The translations under genes were made by a program, and so were the position numbers. Of a stretch of 64,000 bases of DNA, positions 37,775 through 46,861 are shown one piece after another. The stretch is from Oligoflexales bacterium (lineage in GTDB: Bacteria; Bdellovibrionota_B; Oligoflexia; Oligoflexales; Bog-1112). Under the pieces are notes generated by a model. It did not search any database, was not told the origin of the DNA, and saw nothing but the letters and a program-made list of their open reading frames with translations. Location of the stretch: positions 1 to 64,000 of the forward strand of contig JBGCDR010000178.1 of assembly GCA_045105515.1 (NCBI GenBank), in the 5' to 3' direction. Numbering within the stretch: position 1 is the stretch's first letter; each line of letters starts with the position of its first letter.

Positions 37775-38566
37775 TTACTTACTTCCTTTTATCATTTTCA
37801 TAGCCTCTTTTATTTCGGATGAAGGAAGTACAGCTGAATTCCATGTTGCTACATAGTTTAGTGAGTTATCAATTGAATGATCTCTTGAATAGTTGAGGAT
37901 ATGTTTTGTTCCTCGAATTGCTAAAGGAGGATGAGATGCAATTAATTTGGCTGTTTTTAAGGCTTCAACTTGCATCGAAGTCTGCTCAGAAAAGATATCA
38001 TTTAGTAAGCCTTTTTGTTTAGCTTCTAACGCAGAAATTTTTTTGCATGTGTAGGCCCATTCTCTTGTTGTGCCTTGGCCAACTATAAGAGGTAGCCGTT
38101 GTAATGTACCAAGGTCTGCAGTAATTCCAAGAGCTGCTTCTTTAACAGAAAAGTAGCTAGATTCTGTTGCATATCTAAAATCACAAGCTGTGATCAGGTC
38201 TACCCCCCCCCCAATACATGCGCCTTGAACGGTCGCAATGACAGGCTTCGAACATGCTTCAATTTGACTTATTGATTTTTGTAGTTTGAGTATATTTGAT
38301 CTTAATCTTTCTTTTGTTCTTCCTTCGCATTCTGATGTGTTATTTAGCAGGTTTTCGAGCATGCTAAGTTCAATCCCCGAACAAAAGTTTTTGCCTTCTG
38401 CACTCAAGATGATTACTCTAACATCCTTATTACTCGATAAATCTATGAATAGATCGCTAAGATTCTCCCACATATCCTCATTGATCGCATTGGCCTTTTC
38501 TGAACGAGAAAGACAGACATTTGCAATTTTGTCTTCATAGCTAATTTTTATGTATTTAGACCCCAT
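37775..38566 (-). CDS. Crotonase-family enzyme (delta3,5-delta2,4-dienoyl-CoA isomerase-like)
   Basis: FCSGIEL, KPVIATVQGACIGGGVDL, KEAALGITADLGTLQRLP; start ATG 38566 with AAGGAG SD. Confidence 0.88.
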   Translation of the reverse strand: MGSKYIKISYEDKIANVCLSRSEKANAINEDMWENLSDLFIDLSSNKDVRVIILSAEGKNFCSGIELSMLENLLNNTSECEGRTKERLRSNILKLQKSISQIEACSKPVIATVQGACIGGGVDLITACDFRYATESSYFSVKEAALGITADLGTLQRLPLIVGQGTTREWAYTCKKISALEAKQKGLLNDIFSEQTSMQVEALKTAKLIASHPPLAIRGTKHILNYSRDHSIDNSLNYVATWNSAVLPSSEIKEAMKMIKGSK

Positions 38567-38752
38567 TTTTTCTCCTTTAGTTGCCGATCTGAACTTTGAC
38601 GCATTAGGCAATGACAATAGACATTTGGATTATATGTTTTAGCTCAGTAATATGTCTAATGTTTTTACATGCATTTAAACTATGATATTTGGGATAGATA
38701 AAGGGTGAGATATTAATCCAAATAAATTGGTAGGTAAGAGGGATCTGAAAGT

Positions 38753-38768
38753 TGGGCCTGTTTTTGCA
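38753..38768 (+). promoter_or_regulatory. Possible sigma54 (-24/-12) promoter
   Basis: TGGGCCTGTTTTTGCA fits GG-N10-GC, 60 nt upstream of the lipoprotein start. Confidence 0.35.
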
Positions 38769-38827
38769 AATTTGTAGGTTGAGAGTTTTTTATTGCTTTG
38801 ATTATTGCATATAGAGGATCACAAAAT

Positions 38828-39751
38828 ATGAAAGCATTCATCATATTAATAGGGCTAAATTTTATCGCTTGTTCAAAAGCAGGTTTCTTTAGCGAAGAGA
38901 AAAAGAAAAAAGTTCAAAATGAAAATACAGATTCTCCAGGTGAGACTACAGGGATAGATGGTGGAAACGAAGACGGTAGCACTACAGATAATGGTACTGT
39001 GGACGGAGGCACTGCAGACGGAGGTGCTGTAGACGGAGGTGCTGTAGACGGAGGCACTTCAGACGGTGGAACGGATGGAGGGCACCAGTGTGAGTCGGAG
39101 GAAGAAATTATCGATTTATGCGCAAACAGCAATTTAATAGTTCACCAGCAAAGGCTTTTTTATGAAGAGAGGAAAGAATGTAGTTTTGCTAAGGGTAGTC
39201 AATTAGCATTGACTACTCATTATGAGGATACTTGTAACTACTCTGGAAAAGGGAACCTGTGTGCTAAACAAGCTCATCTGCAAGCTCAGGCTATTCAAAG
39301 TAAATCAATTGAACTGCCAAAAAATGCTGTTTTATGCTCTCTAGAGGTGGAGTCAAGTTCACAAAAAATTCAATATGATGACTTTTTGATTTTTACACTT
39401 GATGATTATTTATTGATGCTAAGCAATGATGAATTGCTAAGAAAAATGCCTAAAAAAGATGGTTTGTACATTTGGAGCTTTGAGAAAATTAAAGGTAAGA
39501 GATATGGGTTTGAAGGAAATCGCCACTGTTTAGGAGATGATTCAAGTTGCATGTTGCCTGGTCATGATCAACCTGGTCCAGTAAATTTTTCTGTGGATAC
39601 AGAATCGTTGGCTAAACTTTCTCAGAAAATGCAGGGCAAAGAAGCTTATCGTTTTGACGTTATTGCTACAGGTGATAATGATTGGGGAGATTGTTGGCAT
39701 ACTGATCTAAATTTAAAAGTGAAAATTAAATATGCCATCAAACCAGAATGA
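38828..39751 (+). CDS. Lipoprotein with DGG-repeat linker and Cys-containing C-terminal domain
   Basis: Lipobox FIAC, (T/V/A)DGG pentapeptide repeats, GDNDWGDCWH tail. Confidence 0.75.
   Translation: MKAFIILIGLNFIACSKAGFFSEEKKKKVQNENTDSPGETTGIDGGNEDGSTTDNGTVDGGTADGGAVDGGAVDGGTSDGGTDGGHQCESEEEIIDLCANSNLIVHQQRLFYEERKECSFAKGSQLALTTHYEDTCNYSGKGNLCAKQAHLQAQAIQSKSIELPKNAVLCSLEVESSSQKIQYDDFLIFTLDDYLLMLSNDELLRKMPKKDGLYIWSFEKIKGKRYGFEGNRHCLGDDSSCMLPGHDQPGPVNFSVDTESLAKLSQKMQGKEAYRFDVIATGDNDWGDCWHTDLNLKVKIKYAIKPE
38957..39082 (+). repeat. 15-bp coding tandem repeat (about 8 units)
   Basis: GACGGAGG(C/T)(A/G)CT... units at 39002, 39017, 39032, 39047 with degenerate flanking units. Confidence 0.85.
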
Positions 39752-39882
39752 TCATGTTGGCTAAGCGAAATGAACAAATACTTCCCTTCCTTTCTTTCAA
39801 GTAGCTAAGCCTTGACAAAGCTAAAGATAGCTGTGAGGCTATGTTTAAGTGAAGTACTTTAAAAGCTAAAAAAGGAGGAATC

Positions 39883-40701
39883 ATGGAAATCGCTGGTGAA
39901 TTTGACTCATCTCATTTGGATATTCGTTCAATCCTCCATCAAAGAGGGAAAGTCGTAACTTCTATTGGGGCTCCTTCTCAAACATTTTTGAAGTACTGGA
40001 ATAGAAAATCAGCCCCTAAATTTGATCTTTACGACTATTTCAATGATAAAAAAAACCGAGAAGCGATTAGAAGACAAATTCTTTCAGAATTAGATGTGGT
40101 CTTCAATAGTAAATTCACTATTCCATTTGAACAGGCCAATATGAATATTTACTCCCAGACTTTCGAATGGTATGTATCAGAAATTCTTAAACGAGAATTC
40201 TCATTTCTCAGTTCTGGCTTTGGTATCAAACTTGAACATTCTCCTGACGGTGGTGACTTTGATGTAGTAGGGATGTCGCACTTTGACTTTGTTTATATCG
40301 AGTGTAAGTCTGGTAAACCAAAAAATATTGATGAAAATGATATAGCTAGTTTTATTGAGAGGGCTAAATTTTTAAATGCAACCGTTTCGATTTTTTATGT
40401 AGATTATAAAGGATTGCAGAAAGAATTTAAGTTCAATATTGAGCGTTTTAGATATGTAAATAAGGCTAATCCTCCAGAAAATATCTGGCTATTTAGGAAT
40501 ACAAAGCGTTGTTCAAAAGTATTAAGAACATCTCACCATCCAATATACATCATTGATTCCAATACAGCTGAAGAGACTGTGAACGATAATATCCGATCAG
40601 TTCTAGATATTCATCACTCTATACAAGCTATAAGGGGTAGTAGAATAAGCACTGAGTTCAAGCTGGTGGAATCACGTGGATATCATGTCGAGAAACTATG
40701 A
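39883..40701 (+). CDS. Stand-alone PD-(D/E)XK nuclease-fold protein
   Basis: FEWYV...GGDFDVV...YIECKSG catalytic motif; AGGAGG SD. Confidence 0.75.
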   Translation: MEIAGEFDSSHLDIRSILHQRGKVVTSIGAPSQTFLKYWNRKSAPKFDLYDYFNDKKNREAIRRQILSELDVVFNSKFTIPFEQANMNIYSQTFEWYVSEILKREFSFLSSGFGIKLEHSPDGGDFDVVGMSHFDFVYIECKSGKPKNIDENDIASFIERAKFLNATVSIFYVDYKGLQKEFKFNIERFRYVNKANPPENIWLFRNTKRCSKVLRTSHHPIYIIDSNTAEETVNDNIRSVLDIHHSIQAIRGSRISTEFKLVESRGYHVEKL

Positions 40702-40715
40702 CTGAACATTTGACT

Positions 40716-41768
40716 TTAGGTACGACGAGTAAATACTTGGTTGCGGTACCACTCTTTTTTATTTTCTTCCATCCGTTGGTCTGCAGTTTTAAGGATATCG
40801 GTAGCAGCGATACCTTCACTGGTTGAGGCTGTTCCTACACTCATATGAACCAGTACATCTTCCATAACACCCTTACTGTTATCAAACTTCATGACCTCAT
40901 TTGCCATCAGTGATTCCATTCGATTGATAACATGAGTAGTATCTTCTTTTGTGCATTTTGGCAAAAGGATAACCAGTTCATCTCCTCCTACACGAAAGCA
41001 AAAGTCTGAGAATCTGCAAGACTGTTTGATAATATTTGCAGCGGTCTGTATATATGCGTCACCAGCATCGTGACCGTAGGTATCATTAACGAATTTGAGC
41101 CGATTGATATCAGCGAAAATAATTGAAAAATATCCCTCTTTTTTAAATTTTTCTTCAAATTTTGCTAGTATTTCTAAGAAATATTTTTTATTAAACAAGC
41201 CAGTATCATCAAGTTTGGAGTCTTGTTTCAACCTTTCATGCTCAACATTTAGGTCTTGCTCCATCAAATCAAGGGACATCCTTGCTTCAATCTCTTTACC
41301 ATCTTCAGTTATTAGGTCGATTTCGTAAATGCGGGTAGACGGATAAACCAAAGTACCTTCAATTAATCTTGGGCTCATCATGGTTACAGAACCAAAAGTT
41401 TCTTTAATCGGAACAATTGCTTCTCCTCCGGCTGTATTGATGATTTCTTGGAGGCTTGAATACAATAGCTCCTGCATTTCGGAGGCATTTTCATCTATGC
41501 CACTAATTTGAGATAAGTAAGGGAGCCAGTCATTTTTATTTACGCAGATAAAAAGTTCCCCAGTTATGCTTCCTGAAAGTGGGACCGAAGCTATAGTAGT
41601 GTATTTAGTAGTAAATTTTTTTTTGAGAACAAGCTTTTCTGAGTTCTTTAATTTTACATCTACAGCAATAATACTTTGAAGTGCCTTGGTTAAGCCAAGA
41701 ATAAAAGCTTCAATGGAATTATCAATATTGTCCGAAGCTCGATTAAAGCCAGGTAACGGTCGAATCAC
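40716..41768 (-). CDS. CheX-like domain fused to GGDEF diguanylate cyclase
   Basis: LSGSITGELFI...QEIINTAGG (CheX/CheC E-x2-N); DINRLKFVNDTYGHDAGD, RFSD I-site, RVGGDEL; GTG start at 41768 with AGGAG SD. Confidence 0.85.
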   Translation of the reverse strand: MIRPLPGFNRASDNIDNSIEAFILGLTKALQSIIAVDVKLKNSEKLVLKKKFTTKYTTIASVPLSGSITGELFICVNKNDWLPYLSQISGIDENASEMQELLYSSLQEIINTAGGEAIVPIKETFGSVTMMSPRLIEGTLVYPSTRIYEIDLITEDGKEIEARMSLDLMEQDLNVEHERLKQDSKLDDTGLFNKKYFLEILAKFEEKFKKEGYFSIIFADINRLKFVNDTYGHDAGDAYIQTAANIIKQSCRFSDFCFRVGGDELVILLPKCTKEDTTHVINRMESLMANEVMKFDNSKGVMEDVLVHMSVGTASTSEGIAATDILKTADQRMEENKKEWYRNQVFTRRT

Positions 41769-41797
41769 TTTCCAACTCCTATCGCCGGTCACAAATA

Positions 41798-41824
41798 CCA
41801 TCGGAGGAATTCGCTAAATAGTTA
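41798..41824 (-). promoter_or_regulatory. sigma28 (FliA)-like promoter
   Basis: TAAC-N15-TCCGATGG about 30 nt upstream of the GTG start of CheX-GGDEF. Confidence 0.5.
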
Positions 41825-41878
41825 AGTGGGCGAAATATAAATGATTAAAAATAATAATAAAAAAAATTACTTGCTTCG

Positions 41879-42433
41879 TTAGTCATCTAATTGGCTGTCC
41901 CAATATAAAAAGTCGCTCCAGCTTTTGTGGAGGTAGTTAGGGGGGTATTTTTTCCCAATTTTCTGCAAATCGCGAATAGAGGGCTCTTTTGGATTTTTAA
42001 CAAGATTTAGATCAATTTCTTCTAGGCTATGATGTCCTTTCTTAAAATTGCATGTAGAGCAAGCTGTTACAACGTTTTCCCAGTTGGTCTTGCCATTCCT
42101 ATATTTAGGGATAACATGGTCGAAGGTGAGATCTTTTACCGGGAATTTTTGTAAACAATATTGACATGAAAAATCGTCGCGAAGAAAGACATTAAACCTA
42201 TTGAATGTTGGTCCAGAATGAAAGGTTACATATTCCTTAAGTGAAATAACACTGGGTATCTTCATTGTAAATTTAGGGGACCTTACCTCTATGTCATATT
42301 CAGAAACAATATTGACGCGACCCAAGAATACCGCTTTAACGGCATTCTGCCAGCTTACCAGTGACAAAGGAAAATAAGATATAGGTCTGAAATTGGCATT
42401 CAACAATAATGCTGGGTTTCCAAAAGCAGTCAT
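41879..42433 (-). CDS. HNH endonuclease
   Basis: RDDFSCQYC, LTFDHVIP, WENVVTACSTCNFKKG. Confidence 0.92.
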   Translation of the reverse strand: MTAFGNPALLLNANFRPISYFPLSLVSWQNAVKAVFLGRVNIVSEYDIEVRSPKFTMKIPSVISLKEYVTFHSGPTFNRFNVFLRDDFSCQYCLQKFPVKDLTFDHVIPKYRNGKTNWENVVTACSTCNFKKGHHSLEEIDLNLVKNPKEPSIRDLQKIGKKYPPNYLHKSWSDFLYWDSQLDD

Positions 42434-42711
42434 AAATCCTCATAAATCTGTTTTTAGCTTCATTTTAAACTAATTCTGCCAAGAATGTAATAATTTTTGG
42501 CAGTTGATTTTATTGCCTATACTTGGTTTGTAGTTTCACATAATTCTTTTAAGATTTTTCAAACTTTACAATATTAATCAGTAATTCGTTTCATAGATGA
42601 ACTTTTAGCCGAATGAATCACCTTGTATTCATCTCTAATTTTCGATAATCCTTGGAGGAAAATCCAAATTTTACGGTTGAGTGATACGAAAGTATTATAG
42701 GGAGCCAATTT

Positions 42712-44262
42712 ATGTTCAAATTTATCTCAGCGCTTATACTGGTATTTAATTCTTTAGGGGTAAGCCATTTATCAAGAGCGGATTCTCTTCAAAGGATTGA
42801 TCTACCTACTGATGAGAATGGTGATGAAAACTGCTTGGATCGTATTGGTCCAGAAGGTGAAGAGTACATTTTAGAACCGAAAAAAAAATCAGTTAACTTA
42901 GAAGAGAAAGTCTTGATAATTCTTCCAGGAGGTTTGGTACCTAATCACCATTACCTTGCTCTTGCAGAAAAAGTCCAAGAACAAACTTCTTCAAAGTTAT
43001 GGGTGGGCATTGTCTCTTGCAAGTGGACAGCAAATCTTTGTAATCCTCTCGATCAAGGCCCATTAGGTGTTCGCCAAATGGTGACTAGACTCATCAAGAA
43101 AATATCCAAGAAGGCTGGTAAAGAATTCAATAATTCTGATGTTTTCTTAGGTGGGCATTCATTGGGAGGACAGGGTGCATTCGCCTTTGCTAATGATTAT
43201 CCTGGAATAGGTGGTGTTTTGCTATGGGCATCATATGTAAACAAAGATCTAACAAATTTTGATTATCCTATTTTGACTCTAGGTGCTGAATTAAATGGTG
43301 GTCAAACAAAGCTTGCAAGAATTGCATTGTACTATTCTGAGTACGAGGAAATTGCTAAAAAACAGGGTGAGGCATATGCCATAAAACGAAAACCAGTGGT
43401 CATAATACCCGGAATAAATCATAGCGATTTTTGCCCAGGTTTTTCGGTCAAGGGCGATCTGGAATCTGAAGTAGATCCTGATTTTGCTATAGAAAAGATT
43501 GCTGAAGTTTCAGCATCATTTCTTGATATTCATACATCTTCAGACATAAGCAATGTAGATTCTGGACTCCAGATGATTAAAGGTGCGCTCCAAGATACCA
43601 AGAGTCTCAGCGAGCCATTTTTAAAAGCTCGTTCTCTTGAACAGAGTGGAAATTGGTGCCAGAAAGCTCAACTTCAAATAGCTGGACCAGAGTTTGATTC
43701 GAGGCTTGCGATCTCCCCAATCATTGCTGATTCAGCTTTGAGTTTTATGAGCGGTCATACTAATACTGAGTTGGATACTTCAGGAGTTCTTAAACTTGAT
43801 GTTGTAAGCTATGCTAAATATCCTCAAGATATTTTACGTTTGGGTAAGCTCATTTCAGCCGATGAAATTGCATGTAAGATGGTTTCGAAGGAAAAAATTG
43901 CTACTGATTTTTTCTTAAATATTTCTGCGGGCAAGGCAAGTTGCAAGCAGCTTAATGAGATGGCTCTCAAATATGCTAGCAATTTAGTGTCTCCGCGTGT
44001 TTGGCAACGGTATGTTACTAAGGGAAAGAAGATTGAGTTCGAAGATGATATGACTGCTGCAATAGGGCCACAGTTTGTTTTTCTATCTAGCCTAAAATAT
44101 CAGGAAGAAGAAACGAGCTTGAAGGTCACATCTCCAATTTTATTTACTGGAATCGATAGTCGAATCTACCCCGGAAACCATTATTGTAAAGTACTGTCCC
44201 CAGCCCGTGCTGTAGAGTGGATCAGTACTGATAGTTTGCCTTTACTAAGCACGGAAGACTAA
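42712..44262 (+). CDS. Secreted alpha/beta hydrolase
   Basis: Signal peptide, GGHSLGG elbow, GINHSDF, Cys-rich C-terminal extension. Confidence 0.8.
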   Translation: MFKFISALILVFNSLGVSHLSRADSLQRIDLPTDENGDENCLDRIGPEGEEYILEPKKKSVNLEEKVLIILPGGLVPNHHYLALAEKVQEQTSSKLWVGIVSCKWTANLCNPLDQGPLGVRQMVTRLIKKISKKAGKEFNNSDVFLGGHSLGGQGAFAFANDYPGIGGVLLWASYVNKDLTNFDYPILTLGAELNGGQTKLARIALYYSEYEEIAKKQGEAYAIKRKPVVIIPGINHSDFCPGFSVKGDLESEVDPDFAIEKIAEVSASFLDIHTSSDISNVDSGLQMIKGALQDTKSLSEPFLKARSLEQSGNWCQKAQLQIAGPEFDSRLAISPIIADSALSFMSGHTNTELDTSGVLKLDVVSYAKYPQDILRLGKLISADEIACKMVSKEKIATDFFLNISAGKASCKQLNEMALKYASNLVSPRVWQRYVTKGKKIEFEDDMTAAIGPQFVFLSSLKYQEEETSLKVTSPILFTGIDSRIYPGNHYCKVLSPARAVEWISTDSLPLLSTED

Positions 44263-44286
44263 GGACAGTTGGAAATGAAGTGTATT

Positions 44287-45396
44287 CTATTGAGAAGCTT
44301 GATTGGCCAGTTCCAGCTCCACTTGCCTTAGGCGCTCTTCAAACTCATCGGTATCTTCTGAGATACTAATAGAGTCTTCTTCTTGCGCGGGATCCACTTT
44401 ACCTGATTGTCCCTCTTGTGTTTCCTCTTGCTGAGGAGCAGGTTCAACCTTTCCTGATTCAGCTTCTTGGTCTTGTTCTTGTGAAGGTGCAGGTTCAACC
44501 TTTCCAGGTTCGGCTTCTTGGCCTTGTTCTTGTTGAGGGGCAGGTTCAACCTTTCCAGGTTCAGCTTCTTGGTTTTGTTCTTGTGAAGGGGCAGATTCAA
44601 CCTTTCCAGGTTCAGTTTCTTGGTTTTGTTCTTGTAAAGGTGCAGGTTCAACTTTCCCTGGTTCAACTTCTTGGCCTTGTTCTTGGTTTTGCTCTTGGTC
44701 AGGTGCAGGATCCAGCTCTGCTTCGAGTTCATCCTCATTTTGACCCACATGATCAGCCATTTTTTCATGCTCTAGGGAAATTTCTTCCTCAAGCATGCTG
44801 ATATTCTCTTTATATAGGCTAACAGTTCTGATTTTGAATCTTAGATTATGTCCGTTGAAATTTCCATGGCCTGCTTCTGGTTTTCCACAGGCTGGAGGAA
44901 TGGTTTTGTTGGCATCATTTAAAAGTAAAGCAAGATCTTCAGTTGTCATATCTCTAACTTTGTCATCGAGCGCTTTTTGAGACTCCATTCTTTCCACAAT
45001 TCCATTTTTACTTGCTGCGGCTTCTCTTGACTCTTTCTGTAATTTCAGTAAAGCGTGATGAACTCTATTATAGGCTTTTTGATATTTTTTATTGTCTTGG
45101 TCTTTGTCATTTTCGATAGTATCAGCAATAATTTGTGAGGATTTATATAATCTATACATCTTATTTGCTTTGTTATACTTCTTCCATCCATTGGTCCCAG
45201 AAATTACATTGTTTAATACAAATGGAATAGGCAATGGCCATACAGTTCGACGCCACGCTCGTTTATAGTGGATGCCTTTTTCATGCTTCAAGAGTGCTAA
45301 GTTGTTTGGATAGTCTTCCGTTGGTTTCGAAAAAGCAATGCCTGATAGTAGGCCCGAAACAATTACGGAAGAAGTTAATAATGCTTTGATCTTCAT
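44287..45396 (-). CDS. Secreted protein with 17-aa Glu/Gln/Pro tandem repeats
   Basis: Signal peptide ending AFS-K; EPGKVEPAPxQEQxQEA repeats. Confidence 0.8.
   Translation of the reverse strand: MKIKALLTSSVIVSGLLSGIAFSKPTEDYPNNLALLKHEKGIHYKRAWRRTVWPLPIPFVLNNVISGTNGWKKYNKANKMYRLYKSSQIIADTIENDKDQDNKKYQKAYNRVHHALLKLQKESREAAASKNGIVERMESQKALDDKVRDMTTEDLALLLNDANKTIPPACGKPEAGHGNFNGHNLRFKIRTVSLYKENISMLEEEISLEHEKMADHVGQNEDELEAELDPAPDQEQNQEQGQEVEPGKVEPAPLQEQNQETEPGKVESAPSQEQNQEAEPGKVEPAPQQEQGQEAEPGKVEPAPSQEQDQEAESGKVEPAPQQEETQEGQSGKVDPAQEEDSISISEDTDEFEERLRQVELELANQASQ
44387..44712 (-). repeat. 51-bp coding tandem repeat (5 clear units plus degenerate ends)
   Basis: GCAG(G/A)TTCAAC recurs at 44438, 44489, 44540, 44591, 44642. 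Confidence 0.92.
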
Positions 45397-45566
45397 TTAC
45401 ATACACTCCGCTTGCTTTGTTGAGATTTGCAAGGGGCCAGCTTGACCCCTTGCTAGCCGCAAGGAGTTCATTACCGCTATAATTTAATATTTGGAAGGAA
45501 AAAATGAGTATTTTTAATAAAAAGAAGCTTTGGTTTTAAGATTCTAAAATTTATTATGGACTTTTA

Positions 45567-46820
45567 TTATTTAAGATAGTGTAATACCCCTGCCCCAGTC
45601 TGAAGTATTACTGACAGTTTAATGGTTGCTGTCCCGAAATTTCCGACGCTCCCTGATTCGTCAGCATATGAGATATTTTCAATAACTAGCTTGCCATAGT
45701 AGTTACTTTCATTGTGTATAATTTTAAAATCTAGAACATCATGTCCATAAATGGGGTTTACTATTCCATCCGCAGAGCTTATATCGTTCGGCATTGCATT
45801 GGGAACCCTTGCTGTAACCGCGCTGGGGTCGGTGCCACCAGGGTCGCTTACTTTTGAATCTTTAGCGCTTAAATATAGGCTACTACTACTGTCTTGACTA
45901 TCTGAAACTAGAATACGTTGGGTATAGGACGTTCCCGAGGAAGCTCGTCCGATCCAAATAGTGGGAACTGTTGACTCTTGACTATTGGCTTTAGCGATAG
46001 TGCAAACATTTCCTGTGCAAGTACTTGGGCTGCTGTCTACAGTTGCGGTAAGTGCAGTCATATCAAAACTTATTTTTTTAAATTCTCCAGTATTTAATGT
46101 AATTTCTTGGGAGTTAACCGCTGTACTTGATGCCGCACCAGCAATGATATTTGATGTCCAGCTAATGCTATCAAAGTCGCTACCCATGACTGAAACTGCA
46201 AAGAAAGTATACTCACTTCCTCCTTCGATTGCGACCTGTGCAGGTGTATCTAAGCTAGGGTCCCATACTTTATTTACTAAGCATTTTTGCAGGGCTCCAG
46301 GTTTATAATCATCCCCTTTAAGTATAGATAGATCTAAGGCAGTTTCAGGGTTAGAGCATTGTAAGATTAGGTTTTTAAACTCGTTTGCAGAGTTTTCATC
46401 TGAATCTTCATCTTCACCGTCGACTGACTTACTTACTCCTGAACCTTCGCATGCAACTCCAGAAGCTCCCATGCCAAATTTTGCAAAAAAGGCATCATTG
46501 TCGGTACATCGGGGGATTCCGACGCTTTGGTACCAAGCACGAGCATTGCCTTCCTGATCGGTCCCGGCATTACTGGGGAATTTGATCAGTGGTTGGAGGT
46601 CTGACCAAGGTGTTTTAGTGCCGAAAACATAGTATCCTTGAAAATCCGACTCGGTGTTGCTGCCGTTAAATCGTAGCTCAATACTATCTTCAAGATTTAA
46701 GCTATTAAGGTTGGTGGGAGGGTTAAGATCAGATTTACTTTCTGTTAAGGGGTTGCTATCTGAATCTCCACAGCTCAAGCAGATCAATCCGCTACTAATA
46801 AATAAGATTTTTTTTAACAT
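45567..46820 (-). CDS. Lipoprotein with N-terminal FN3-like segment
   Basis: Lipobox CLSC; LNPPTNL...IELRFNGSNTESDFQGYYVFG; paralogous to next gene. Confidence 0.7.
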   Translation of the reverse strand: MLKKILFISSGLICLSCGDSDSNPLTESKSDLNPPTNLNSLNLEDSIELRFNGSNTESDFQGYYVFGTKTPWSDLQPLIKFPSNAGTDQEGNARAWYQSVGIPRCTDNDAFFAKFGMGASGVACEGSGVSKSVDGEDEDSDENSANEFKNLILQCSNPETALDLSILKGDDYKPGALQKCLVNKVWDPSLDTPAQVAIEGGSEYTFFAVSVMGSDFDSISWTSNIIAGAASSTAVNSQEITLNTGEFKKISFDMTALTATVDSSPSTCTGNVCTIAKANSQESTVPTIWIGRASSGTSYTQRILVSDSQDSSSSLYLSAKDSKVSDPGGTDPSAVTARVPNAMPNDISSADGIVNPIYGHDVLDFKIIHNESNYYGKLVIENISYADESGSVGNFGTATIKLSVILQTGAGVLHYLK

Positions 46821-46861
46821 TATATCAAATTCCTTATGATGAATATCTTGATAAATTAGCC

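Noticed and set aside
44387..44712. CRISPR array
   Set aside because: Contiguous 51-bp in-frame coding repeats without unique spacers; no cas genes
44328..44801. Alternative-frame ORFs of 146 and 127 aa
   Set aside because: Open only because the 51-bp repeat lacks stop codons in those frames
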